DNA from: Nitrospirota bacterium
GTDB lineage: Bacteria; Nitrospirota; Nitrospiria; Nitrospirales; Nitrospiraceae
NCBI GenBank assembly: GCA_039931295.1
Contig: JBDTSF010000178.1
Span: 352-64,351 of the forward strand
Length of the DNA stretch: 64,000 nucleotides
Direction: 5' to 3'
This document shows positions 51,215 to 59,967 of the stretch, one piece after another. Made by a program: the position numbers and the translations under genes. How positions within the stretch are numbered: position 1 is the first letter of the stretch; every line of letters begins with the position of its first letter. Under the pieces are notes generated by a model. That model searched no databases, had not been told where the DNA came from, and was given only the letters and a program-made list of their open reading frames with translations.

Positions 51215-51864
51215 GAGGTGGGTCCTTTTCTCAATCCAGACTTGCCGAACCTAGCTGCCAGCTCCTGATAGATCTCTTGCGGCGTGATGTTGTGGTATCC
51301 CAACGCCACCACGGTATGGAACAACAAATCCGCCGTTTCATACACAATCTCGTCCTTCTTCCCACCCTTCCCGGCAATTGCGACCTCTCCGGCTTCTTCC
51401 ACCACTTTCTTGAGAATTCGATCAACCCCGCCTTCTAAAAGTTTGGAGGTATAGGACTCGCTCGACGGCTGACGCTTCCGCTCCTGGATCATCTGATAGA
51501 GCCGTTCGAGAATCCCCCCCCAGGACTCGGACGTCGTCGTCTCAGGCGAGTCCAAACGAGAAAAGAAGCAGGCTCGCTCTCCCGTGTGACACGTCGGGCC
51601 GACCGGTTCAACCTTCACAAGAAGGGCATCGCCGTCACAGTCGAGAAACAGGTCTTTAAGTTGCAGCTTGTGGCCGGAGGTCTCACCCTTTTCCCATAAC
51701 GTCTGGCGCGACCGGCTCCAGAAATGCACCGACTTCGTCTCAATGGTCTTTTGCAGTGCCTCCTGGTTCATAAAGGCCACCATCAGCACCGTACCATCCC
51801 GCCAATCCTGCACGACCACTGGAATCAGCCCTTGCGCATCAAATGTCAATCGCCCGACATCCAT
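51211..51864 (-). CDS. hisI: Bifunctional phosphoribosyl-AMP cyclohydrolase / phosphoribosyl-ATP diphosphatase
   Basis: 217 aa. HisI half (WSRSRQTLWEKGETSGH...CHTGERACFF) fused to a HisE half (SYTSKLLEGG...EAGE). Confidence 0.95.
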   Translation of the reverse strand: MDVGRLTFDAQGLIPVVVQDWRDGTVLMVAFMNQEALQKTIETKSVHFWSRSRQTLWEKGETSGHKLQLKDLFLDCDGDALLVKVEPVGPTCHTGERACFFSRLDSPETTTSESWGGILERLYQMIQERKRQPSSESYTSKLLEGGVDRILKKVVEEAGEVAIAGKGGKKDEIVYETADLLFHTVVALGYHNITPQEIYQELAARFGKSGLRKGPTS

Positions 51865-52625
51865 TATCGAACCGCCAATCCCTTCTGACGAAGATAGGTT
51901 TTCGCCTCCTGAATCGTGTGAGTCCGGAAATGAAAAATGGACGCGGCGAGTACCGCATCGGCCTTGCCCCTGACAAATCCGTCATAGAGATGCGCCAAAC
52001 TTCCCACGCCGCCCGACGCAATCACCGGAATCGATACAGCCTCTGACACCGCCGCCGTCAACGCGAGGTCATAACCCTGCTGTTGCCCATCTTGATCCAT
52101 GCTCGTGAGCAAAATCTCACCTGCCCCATACCGAGCCATCGTCTTGGCCCATTCAACGACGTCGAGACCTGTGGACTGACGTCCGCCGTGCGTGAACACG
52201 TCCCACCCTGTTGCCGGCTCGGGGCGATGCTTGGCGTCGATCGCCACGACGATACATTGTGTCCCGAATCGTTCGGCCGCTTCTTTCACAAATTCAGGCC
52301 GTTGGACCGCAGCTGTATTGATACTCACCTTGTCCGCGCCCGCGCTCAACAGCGCCCGAATGTCGTCAATTGTTCTCACCCCACCCCCCACAGTCAGCGG
52401 CATGAACACCCGTGCCGCCGTCTGCTCGACCACGTCGATGATAGTCTTGCGATTCTCATGCGAGGCGGTGATATCGAGAAAACAGAGTTCATCGGCCCCT
52501 TCACGATCGTACACGGTGGCCACTTCGACTGGATCTCCCGCATCGCGCAAGTTCACAAAGCTCACGCCTTTGACGACACGGCCGTCCTTGACGTCGAGGC
52601 AGGGAATAATGCGTTTGGTCAACAT
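51864..52625 (-). CDS. hisF: Imidazole glycerol phosphate synthase, cyclase subunit
   Basis: 253 aa ([20 protein letters not shown]..., [14 protein letters not shown]). Confidence 0.95.
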   Translation of the reverse strand: MLTKRIIPCLDVKDGRVVKGVSFVNLRDAGDPVEVATVYDREGADELCFLDITASHENRKTIIDVVEQTAARVFMPLTVGGGVRTIDDIRALLSAGADKVSINTAAVQRPEFVKEAAERFGTQCIVVAIDAKHRPEPATGWDVFTHGGRQSTGLDVVEWAKTMARYGAGEILLTSMDQDGQQQGYDLALTAAVSEAVSIPVIASGGVGSLAHLYDGFVRGKADAVLAASIFHFRTHTIQEAKTYLRQKGLAVR

Positions 52626-52633
52626 CGCAGCGC

Positions 52634-52661
52634 GTGAAACGTGAAATGTGAAACGTGAAAC
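52634..52661. repeat. Tandem heptamer repeat (GTGAAAY)x4
   Basis: GTGAAAC GTGAAAT GTGAAAC GTGAAAC in the 74-bp hisA-hisF spacer. Confidence 0.8.
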
Positions 52662-52699
52662 GAATATGTCAGCAAAGAATTTCTCACATCTGTCCCTTT

Positions 52700-53422
52700 T
52701 CAGTACCGGAGAGCATCAAGAGCTGTCCGATAATCGAGTTTGCCGTCGTAGAGGGCCTTCCCCACAATCGCACCTTCAATCCTTGGGCCGAGCGCCTGCA
52801 CGGCTCGAAGATCCTCAACCCGCGAAATCCCCCCGGAGGCGATCACGGGAAAGGACGACAACTCCACCACTTCCTGCAACGCCGCCAGATTCGGTCCTCC
52901 CAACATACCATCGCGGGCAATATCGGTATAAATCACGGCGCCCAAGGAATGGTCAGTTAATTCCTTGAGCAGATCTGTCGCCTTGGTCTCCGATACCGAT
53001 GTCCACCCCTTGACCGCCACCTTCCCATCACGAGCATCCAGCCCCAACAGAATCTGACGAGGAAACTCCCGGCAGGCCTTCTCCAAAAAAGATCGATCGG
53101 TTAATGCCGCAGTACCGAGCACCACCCTGGCCACACCCGCCCCAAGATAGCGACGCACCGTCTCAATCGAGCGAATCCCTCCCCCGACTTGCACCGCCAC
53201 ACGTACGGCGCGAATGATCGCTTCGATCTGAGGAAGATTGCGCGGCTCTCCGTCCACGGCTCCATTGAGATCCACCACATGAATCAGTGTCGCACCGCCC
53301 TGTTGCCATTGCCTCGCGACAGCCGGAACGTCGTCGGAATAGACCGTTTCAGCCGCCATGTCACCCTGACGCAACCGCACACAGCGGCCATCTTTCAGGT
53401 CAATCGCAGGAATAACGAGCAT
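52700..53422 (-). CDS. hisA: ProFAR isomerase (HisA)
   Basis: 240 aa ([17 protein letters not shown]..., [12 protein letters not shown]). Confidence 0.95.
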   Translation of the reverse strand: MLVIPAIDLKDGRCVRLRQGDMAAETVYSDDVPAVARQWQQGGATLIHVVDLNGAVDGEPRNLPQIEAIIRAVRVAVQVGGGIRSIETVRRYLGAGVARVVLGTAALTDRSFLEKACREFPRQILLGLDARDGKVAVKGWTSVSETKATDLLKELTDHSLGAVIYTDIARDGMLGGPNLAALQEVVELSSFPVIASGGISRVEDLRAVQALGPRIEGAIVGKALYDGKLDYRTALDALRY

Positions 53423-53440
53423 GCAAAGAACCGCGTCCTC

Positions 53441-54181
53441 TCAATGTTCTACTGCCGTTCCAAACGGAAACTCGTTGAGCAGATGCTCGACTCCATACGC
53501 CGCCAGCTCTTCCGCCGTAACAAACACTCCACGCCGCTGAATGAACCCCATCAAGTCTTCCGTCATTGGCCGCTGCTTTTCGTAGTAATTCCCTTCCCAG
53601 AGAACTTGCCCGTCAGCCGCGACCACCTTGGCCTCAAACCCCACCGTCGCCGGTGGGCTGGCGCCGAAGCGACCACCCACTCGTTCCCGATACACCCGCA
53701 CTTGCCCAATCAGCGAGGCATCCGCCTTCAGCTGTTTCGCCACCGTCACCGCCTGTGATTGACCGGGAGAAGGTTGCAGCGCCGCTTGAGACGTCAGCAC
53801 TCTAGTCGCCTCCCCCGGCGACAGCACGGTCATACCCTGCCGTGTCTTCAACCTGTTCCAGAGCAATTGCGTGACGATATCCCCAGCGCCAGCCGGCACG
53901 GTGACTGTTTGCCTGAGAGGCTGTTCGATATTCGGCGGTACCGCCATCGCCATATCGGACCTGCGAACCTCCGGCGGCACCGAGAAATGCTGATCGGAGA
54001 CATCCCTGACTTGTGGCGTCGCGAGTGTTGTGAACGGGACCAACGCGATGGTTCGAATCTGATAGCGTGATAATTCCGCAGACGCCTTCGTGGTCACTTT
54101 CGACCCGCTACAGCCGACAACCAACAGCACAGCCAATCCCATCAAGGCCATCGACCGACTCGTATTACTCATCGTGCTCAT
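53441..54181 (-). CDS. Hypothetical lipoprotein embedded in the his operon
   Basis: 246 aa, lipobox LLVVGCSG. Its start overlaps the hisH stop (ATGA). Possible DUF799/LpoB-like fold, but I cannot confirm that. Confidence 0.6.
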   Translation of the reverse strand: MSTMSNTSRSMALMGLAVLLVVGCSGSKVTTKASAELSRYQIRTIALVPFTTLATPQVRDVSDQHFSVPPEVRRSDMAMAVPPNIEQPLRQTVTVPAGAGDIVTQLLWNRLKTRQGMTVLSPGEATRVLTSQAALQPSPGQSQAVTVAKQLKADASLIGQVRVYRERVGGRFGASPPATVGFEAKVVAADGQVLWEGNYYEKQRPMTEDLMGFIQRRGVFVTAEELAAYGVEHLLNEFPFGTAVEH

Positions 54182-54786
54182 TTCCAGGATCCAAAGTTTT
54201 TGATCAACCGCAACCCCACGGCTTGGCTCTTTTCAGGATGGAACTGACAAGCCAGGACATTATCTCTCCAGATACTTGACACAAACGGGAGTCCATATGT
54301 GGTTAACGTCGCGACAATCTTCCTGTCGACCGGCTCAACATAATACGAATGCACAAAATACCAATGGTCTCCATCCGCAATCCCCTCGAACAAGGGACAG
54401 GCCCGCTGAATGGCAACCTGATTCCAACCCATGTGAGGAACTTTCAGCGCGGGATCAATCCCAAACCGCCTGACCCTGCCCGGAATGATGCCGAGTCCTT
54501 TGTGAGTGCCAAACTCTTCGCTCTCCGTGAACAACAGTTGGAGCCCTAAACAGATTCCCAGAAATGGCTTTCCCGATTGAATCGCGGTACGAATCGGCTC
54601 CTCTAACCCATACCGCTCGATGTTGGCCATGCAATCGCCAAAGGCTCCCACCCCAGGCAGCACCACATGACTCGCATTGCCGATCACGTGCGAATCCCGC
54701 GTGACCACCGCCTGATGCCCCACCGCCTCGAAAGCTTTGGAGACACTGCGAAGATTGCCCATGCCGTAGTCGATGATCGCAATCAT
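54178..54786 (-). CDS. hisH: Imidazole glycerol phosphate synthase, glutamine amidotransferase subunit
   Basis: 202 aa (MIAIIDYGMGNLRSV..., GICLGLQLL, QFHPEKS). Confidence 0.95.
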   Translation of the reverse strand: MIAIIDYGMGNLRSVSKAFEAVGHQAVVTRDSHVIGNASHVVLPGVGAFGDCMANIERYGLEEPIRTAIQSGKPFLGICLGLQLLFTESEEFGTHKGLGIIPGRVRRFGIDPALKVPHMGWNQVAIQRACPLFEGIADGDHWYFVHSYYVEPVDRKIVATLTTYGLPFVSSIWRDNVLACQFHPEKSQAVGLRLIKNFGSWK

Positions 54787-54798
54787 AACCCCTTCCTA

Positions 54799-55010
54799 GC
54801 AGGATGCTGAAAAAACCCGTCAGCTTCGTTCTCGGCTCATCGAAATCCTCAGCGTACCGAAGAGATTCTCGGAGATCGGAATCTCTGGAGGGGCTTTTCC
54901 ATTTGCCAAGATCAACTGTACAGGCGAACAGTTCCACAAAGTGCGGTGGGTACCTCCTCCGGTTTCGACTCGCCTGCGGCCTTCCTGAACCGCCTTTTTG
55001 AGCATCCTGC
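54799..55010 (+). repeat. Intergenic imperfect-palindrome repeat, copy F (long form, 212 bp)
   Basis: GCAGGATGCTGAAAAAACCCGTCAGC...CCGCCTTTTTGAGCATCCTGC. Ends 12 nt upstream of the hisH ATG, leaving only the SD (GGAAGGGG) between them. Confidence 0.9.
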
Positions 55011-55124
55011 GGGAGCACTCTTCTGTTATGGCACACGGACGGAGTATCGAAATACCATTCTGCTAAGTGGCGTACATCCACAGCCATCTGAAGGCGAGAG
55101 GAAAACCTCTTGTGGCACTCATAC

Positions 55125-55320
55125 CTAGCCCGCATTATTCATGAGCACTTCTGCTGTAATCGCGCATTCGCTGCTGCGACGAGCCTTCGGCGGGCAGGCT
55201 CGCCACTCGCTCCCTCGACGTACTGTGCAAGTACGCCTCGGGGTCTCGCGGCTCCGCGTGCCCGTCTCACAACGCCACTGCGCGATTTCGCGACAAACCA
55301 TCATGAATAGTGCGGGCTAG
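55125..55320. repeat. Second, unrelated 196-bp imperfect palindrome (MITE-like), single copy in this window
   Basis: Termini CTAGCCCGCATTATTCATGA...TCATGAATAGTGCGGGCTAG. Internal arms also pair (AATCGCGCA...TGCGCGATT; GTAC-TGTGCAA-GTAC centre). Confidence 0.7.
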
Positions 55321-55679
55321 TGCGCCACGACACTTGGCCTTAACCTGGCCGTAAGGTCGTAACAATACCGCAACCAGCGCAGTCCTGCCACTATCATCTA
55401 TCACGCGTTCAAACAGGACCCGATGACCATGAATCAACCGATCTCTGAACTGGCAGGCTGCAGAAACGCTCTTGTGGCAGAATACCCGATAGAGACACCA
55501 AGCCTGTCCCCACCGCTGAGTGAGTCAGAAGGGACCGGGGCCTTGTTGATGGTCTGAATGATTCACGAGAACAGGCGTGTGCCTGGGCAAAGAGGCTGTC
55601 TTGGCGGCCTCAGAGCAAGAGGGTGAAGTAGCCCCGCCGGGGTAGGATTGACGAGAAGAACGACTTGTTCAGGGCGCTG

Positions 55680-56456
55680 CTAAATGCCTGCGTACCATTC
55701 GTAACCTTGATCGTCCTCCCAATACCCGCCCTTTCCGCCGGCAGTGCCAGAGAGGGTCTCCACCAATTCGACCATGATCACATACTTGGCCTGCTTGTAG
55801 CCGAGCTGCTGTTCGAAGCGGAGTCGAATCGGGGCGCCATGGGGGATGTCTAACGGGGTCCCATTCAACTCGTACGCCAAGATCGTTTGCGGATGATAGC
55901 AATCGGCCAGGGCCATGCTCTCGTAGTATGGCACCCCGTCCTCATCGACATCGGCACAATGAAAGACCGCATATCGGGCGGTCGGCAACGGTTGAACCTC
56001 GCGCATGAGATCGCCGAGTGGGACCCCGGTCCACTTGCCGATCGCACTCCAGCCTTCGACACAGTCATGCCGGGTGATTTGTGTCCGCGATGGCAATTCT
56101 TTCAGCGCCGCGAGCGACCAACTCATCGGGGTCTGAACCAATCCACCAACCTCCACCGTCCATTCTGAAAAATTCTTCGCCACATGTTCAGCATAGTCTT
56201 CTGTGCCCGGATCGGTATTGCCGTTTGATGGAAACACCTTCGAGATGTCGGCGTCCCCATATTCTTTGGCAAGAGCATTCGTGGGCGTGACCGCTCGTTG
56301 CACTCGTTCAGTCAGCTTCTCCGCCTTGCTTAAGATCGAAGGGAGCCAACTGCTCTGCGACAGATTATCGCAGCCGGCGAGGGCCACAAGACTTGCCGCG
56401 CCCAACGTCCCTTTCAAAAACTGTCTACGTTCCATCGCTCGTTCATGTGAATCCAT
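55680..56456 (-). CDS. Periplasmic molybdopterin-dependent oxidoreductase (SUOX fold; MsrP/YedY-like)
   Basis: Tat signal (ERRQFLKGTLGAASLVALAGC) and a Mo-binding core with TRHDCVEGWSAIGKWTGVPL. 258 aa, with no dimerisation domain. Confidence 0.8.
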   Translation of the reverse strand: MDSHERAMERRQFLKGTLGAASLVALAGCDNLSQSSWLPSILSKAEKLTERVQRAVTPTNALAKEYGDADISKVFPSNGNTDPGTEDYAEHVAKNFSEWTVEVGGLVQTPMSWSLAALKELPSRTQITRHDCVEGWSAIGKWTGVPLGDLMREVQPLPTARYAVFHCADVDEDGVPYYESMALADCYHPQTILAYELNGTPLDIPHGAPIRLRFEQQLGYKQAKYVIMVELVETLSGTAGGKGGYWEDDQGYEWYAGI

Positions 56457-56524
56457 GATGCCTCCATTTCAGTGGCTTGACCGAATGTCCAAAAAAGAAA
56501 ATTGAAAGGATGACAACTTGAGTC

Positions 56525-56717
56525 GCAAGACGTTCAAAGAAGTCGTCCAGCAAGGCCGCAGGTGAATCGAAACCGGAGGCGTACCCCCGGGGGCGCACGG
56601 TGCGACGAATAAGGAGCACCAAGTCTGTGCGCGCCGCCGAGTGGTGAGGCGGCCGGGTCCCCGTTGAGGATCTGAACGATGCGAGAACGAAGCTGGCGGC
56701 TCCTTTCAACGTCCTGC
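56525..56717 (-). repeat. Intergenic imperfect-palindrome repeat, copy G (long form, 193 bp)
   Basis: GCAAGACGTTCAAAGAAGTCGTCCAGCAAGGCCGCAGG...CTCCTTTCAACGTCCTGC. Its terminal repeat supplies the last three codons and the TGA stop of the cytochrome b gene. Confidence 0.85.
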
Positions 56718-57671
56718 CTCATGCTTCACGACAAACCATCCGGTCACCATCGACCGGATGTTGTTGAAGAATCCGGTCAGGATCACTTCCAACACATGAA
56801 TCACAATAAACCCGACGAAGGTAAAACAGGCGATAAAGTGAATCGTCCGCGCCGCCTGCCGCCCACCGAAGATCGTGAGCAGCCAGGGGAACGCCGTATC
56901 GATCGTCGGCGACATCGTGAGGCCAGTCAAAACGATCACGGGCGCCACAATAAATAGAATGACTATATAGGCGAACTTCTGCAGCACGTTGTACCGCTTG
57001 GCCTCCTCCCCTTTGGGGTGCCGGAAGACAATGTGATCCTTGACGGTCTTGCCGATGCCACGCAGGTCCTTGCCTGTCGGAGCCAAGTCGCGCGTGACAT
57101 GTCGGCTCAACCACGCATAGGCCATAAAGAACAGGCCGTTGATGACAAGGAGCCACGCGAAAAACAGGTGCCACTGCCGGCCCATCGCCAGAACTTTAGC
57201 GCTCGGAATGGTCGCCCAAGCAGGGAAGGCCCGGCGCTTGCCGTCCGAATAGCCGAGCACTCCTGTCGTGTCGAACTTATAGCCAAGAATAGTGGTGATG
57301 CCGCGCATCTCGCCGCTTTCGGTCTTCATGGGGCGGATCGAGAGCAACGGCTGGTCTCGATCGGAACGATCACCCCAATAGAGGGCGGGATGCGCGTTGA
57401 AGATTTGGAGTCCACTCATAATCAGGATGATGAGAATCGGGACGTTGAGCCAATGGCTGATTCGTACCGGTAGTCGATGGCGGTAGACCCTCTCAAGCAT
57501 CGGAGTTGAAGCAGGTCGTGCGGCTGAGGCGGCATCCTGACTTGGAGCCAAACCAGCAAGAACTGAGGGCTCCTTGAGCGGATACGGTTCAGACCTCATC
57601 GCGAGTTCCGAGACCGGCTTGTTCTCCCTACCTTTCCTGACTCCAATTCCTTCATGAGTAAGTGAGGCCAT
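56706..57671 (-). CDS. Membrane di-haem cytochrome b (Ni/Fe-hydrogenase b-type / cytochrome b561-like family)
   Basis: 321 aa. HRLPVRISHWLNVPILIILIMSGLQIF and four or more TM helices with conserved His. About 70-aa soluble N-terminal extension. Confidence 0.75.
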   Translation of the reverse strand: MASLTHEGIGVRKGRENKPVSELAMRSEPYPLKEPSVLAGLAPSQDAASAARPASTPMLERVYRHRLPVRISHWLNVPILIILIMSGLQIFNAHPALYWGDRSDRDQPLLSIRPMKTESGEMRGITTILGYKFDTTGVLGYSDGKRRAFPAWATIPSAKVLAMGRQWHLFFAWLLVINGLFFMAYAWLSRHVTRDLAPTGKDLRGIGKTVKDHIVFRHPKGEEAKRYNVLQKFAYIVILFIVAPVIVLTGLTMSPTIDTAFPWLLTIFGGRQAARTIHFIACFTFVGFIVIHVLEVILTGFFNNIRSMVTGWFVVKHEAGR

Positions 57672-57760
57672 AATCCTGTCTCCTCTGGCTTGAAATTACC
57701 TGCCTGCTGTTTAGTCGACACCCAGTCTCGATTCTTACAACTGTTGGAGAGCAGACACAG

Positions 57761-57796
57761 AACAGCCTGCGGTCGGTGTGAACCGAGCGCAGGCTG
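57761..57796 (-). terminator. Terminator-like hairpin after the Met-rich peptide gene
   Basis: Minus strand ACAGCCTGCG-c-TCGGT-TCAC-ACCGA-c-CGCAGGCTGT (15 bp paired) followed by TCTGTGTCTG. Confidence 0.5.
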
Positions 57797-57827
57797 TGAG
57801 GATCGATGACGGAAGATCAGATGAAGC

Positions 57828-58091
57828 CTACTTCCCCATGGCTCCCTTCATCTCACCTTTCATCTCGTCTTTCATTCCCTTCATGTCGCCCTTCATCTCA
57901 TCGTGTTTGGCTTTCATCTTGTCCTTCATCTCACCTTTCATATCGCCCTTCATCCCCTTCATGTCATCTTTCATGCCCTTCATGTCACCCTTCATCTCAT
58001 CCTTCATTTTCCCCATATCCTCGGCAAATGAAAGGGAACTGAACCCGACCAGACACATGACTGCGATGACTGACAGCATAATCTTCTTCAT
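57828..58091 (-). CDS. Secreted methionine/lysine-rich repeat peptide (MxKDx-type pentapeptide repeats)
   Basis: 87 aa from the ATG at 58091 (preceded by AAGGAGG). Signal peptide MKKIMLSVIAVMCLVGFSSLSFA. The 64-aa mature part is built from MKGDM/MKDEM units and has 16 Met. The upstream part of the ORF-track call (to 58274) is rejected. Confidence 0.7.
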   Translation of the reverse strand: MKKIMLSVIAVMCLVGFSSLSFAEDMGKMKDEMKGDMKGMKDDMKGMKGDMKGEMKDKMKAKHDEMKGDMKGMKDEMKGEMKGAMGK

Positions 58092-58170
58092 AGGAAACCT
58101 CCTTGTGAACAGTGAAGAAATGGACACCGGGAAAATACCCGGCGCCCCCTGACGAACGAAGTCAACCAAG

Positions 58171-58632
58171 CTACTCATGTACCTTAGAGAGCTTCCTGAT
58201 CTCCGGCCAGTTTGCGTTTGCCTTACTGATATAGCCGGGGATATCCAACACCCATTGGGAACGGACTGTCTCACTATAGTTCAGGTAGAGCTTATCGCCG
58301 ACCACGGTAAATGCGTCTGGATCGATGACAGCCTTGTACCCCTTGGCCATGCCGAAAGCGCAATAGCCTCCGTACTGTGGGGCAAACTTGTCCGGGTTGG
58401 CTGTAAACGCGTCACGATTGGCTGCCGTAGAGAAGTAAAAGACCGAGCCTTGGTACTCTGCATGGAACTCCGGCAAGCCCGTCACCGGCTTCATCTCAAC
58501 GAAATAGGCGACTGGGTCGTAGCCGCTAATCGCCACACCGTCGCGTTCGAAGTACTCGCCAGCAAAGGCCGGTGTAGCAAAGACTACCGCCAGCAGAAGT
58601 GTCAGAAACCGATGGCTCACGAGTTTCTTCAT
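58171..58632 (-). CDS. Exported YHS-domain protein, paralog 1
   Basis: Signal peptide ...ATPAFA. ISGYDPVAYF, PQYGGYCAFGMAKG and GDKLYLN motifs are shared with the ORF at 60659-61120. ATG 58632 is preferred over the ORF-track start 58746. Confidence 0.75.
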   Translation of the reverse strand: MKKLVSHRFLTLLLAVVFATPAFAGEYFERDGVAISGYDPVAYFVEMKPVTGLPEFHAEYQGSVFYFSTAANRDAFTANPDKFAPQYGGYCAFGMAKGYKAVIDPDAFTVVGDKLYLNYSETVRSQWVLDIPGYISKANANWPEIRKLSKVHE

Positions 58633-58756
58633 TGCAACACCTGATAAAGGATGCATAACAATCAGTCGGACAAGAAGGTTGAATCTTACATAAAGAAGCA
58701 GGTCCTCGTTTCCCGGCAAGCAGCGGTCAGGCGCACCCACGCCCATCGTTTTCTTT

Positions 58757-58877
58757 CATGATGTTCAAAGCGATCTTCCGGCAAGGCCGCCGCAAGCGAA
58801 GAGGCGAGGCGTACGCGTCGGTACCTTGAGCTTCTGAGCGATGCGAGAACGCAGCGGGAAGCTGTTTTCAACATCCT
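58757..58877 (-). repeat. Intergenic imperfect-palindrome repeat, copy H (short form, about 121 bp, most diverged)
   Basis: CATGATGTTCAAAGCGATCTTCCGGCAAGGCCGCCGCAAGCG...GCTGTTTTCAACATCCTG. Lies between the hydrolase and YHS paralog 1. Confidence 0.8.
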
Positions 58878-58942
58878 GTTCATTCGTACGCGACGTTCAC
58901 ATAGACCTTAATCGCCAACACGCGGCGATGGGACTGCTTCGA

Positions 58943-59938
58943 TCACTTACCTGGCAGCCACCGGTCAAGGAAGTCGCGCATGAACATTGCAATTTCATCG
59001 CCCATATCCTCCAGCGCAAAGTGACCACTGTCGAGAAGGTACAACTTAGCGTTGGGAAGATCGTGCAGGTACGCATACGCGCCATCAGCTGGGAATATCT
59101 CATCATTCTGTCCCCACACGATGAGAGTCGGCGGCCGCCGTGTACGAAAGAACTGCTGGAATTGCGGGTACAGCGCAACGTTCGAACCATAGTCCTTGAA
59201 CAAGTCGAGCATGATCTCATCGATGCCAGGCCTGCCGAGCAGCGCTTGATCATGGAGCCAGGTGTCAGGGGAGATGCGTGACACATCACGGACACCCTTG
59301 ACGTACTGGGATTTCGTGGCTTCAGGAGTAAGCCCTACGCGTAGGGCCTCGCGATGCTGCTGCGAGCCGTCGGCCCAGTAGGCCTTAATCGGATTCCAGA
59401 AGTCCTTCAGCCCGTCCTCGTAGGCGTTGCCATTCTGTATCACCAGGGCAGTAACTCTCTCTGGATGCTTGAGCGCCAATCGGTAACCGACCGGCGCGCC
59501 GTAATCCTGCACGTACAAGCTATAGTTTTTCAGCCCAATTGTGTTCGTGAATTTGTCAATGACTCCCGCCAGGTTATCGAATGTATAATTGAACTCATTC
59601 ACCGATGGCGCTGAACTCTGCCCGAAGCCCGGATAATCCGGTGCAACCAGATGGAATCGATCCGCCAGCGCCGGGATCAGGTTGCGGAACATGTGTGACG
59701 ACGTGGGAAAGCCGTGCAGCAGTAAGATCGTTGGCTTCGACGGATCGCCCGCTTCGCGGTAGAAGATGTCGAGACCGTCAATATTGATCGTGTTGTAGGT
59801 TACTTGAGTTGTGCGTTGATCAGGACTGACGCGGTTGGCGGTGGGCTTCTGGGCTTGCCCATCAATGGGAAAGAACCAAAACGCTAATGAAAGCAGCACG
59901 ATCAACCACAATTGTGAAGATTTTTTGTGTATGTTCAT
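58943..59938 (-). CDS. Exported alpha/beta hydrolase (epoxide hydrolase / haloalkane dehalogenase-like, Asp nucleophile)
   Basis: Signal peptide. [16 protein letters not shown] oxyanion region and [10 protein letters not shown] nucleophile elbow. Confidence 0.8.
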   Translation of the reverse strand: MNIHKKSSQLWLIVLLSLAFWFFPIDGQAQKPTANRVSPDQRTTQVTYNTINIDGLDIFYREAGDPSKPTILLLHGFPTSSHMFRNLIPALADRFHLVAPDYPGFGQSSAPSVNEFNYTFDNLAGVIDKFTNTIGLKNYSLYVQDYGAPVGYRLALKHPERVTALVIQNGNAYEDGLKDFWNPIKAYWADGSQQHREALRVGLTPEATKSQYVKGVRDVSRISPDTWLHDQALLGRPGIDEIMLDLFKDYGSNVALYPQFQQFFRTRRPPTLIVWGQNDEIFPADGAYAYLHDLPNAKLYLLDSGHFALEDMGDEIAMFMRDFLDRWLPGK

Positions 59939-59967
59939 TTCTGCTCTCCTTTCATGTCATCGTTGCG

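Noticed and set aside
55113-55130. TGGCAC hexamer as a possible sigma-54 promoter
   Set aside because: The -12 position reads CCTA rather than TTGC, and no gene lies downstream on that strand.
54455-55135. 226-aa minus-strand ORF
   Set aside because: Overlaps hisH in another frame and runs through repeat copy F. It is an artefact of open antisense or alternate frames.
57850-58020. Periodic short repeats that might look like a CRISPR array or tandem repeat
   Set aside because: The period is about 15 nt with no spacers and lies within a coding repeat (MKGDM units). No CRISPR-like repeat-spacer architecture or cas genes occur anywhere in the window.
57778-58152. 124-aa plus-strand ORF with PFISPFIS repeats
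   Set aside because: It is the mirror image of the periodic Met-rich peptide gene. The minus-strand frame has a strong SD and a signal peptide; the plus-strand frame has neither.
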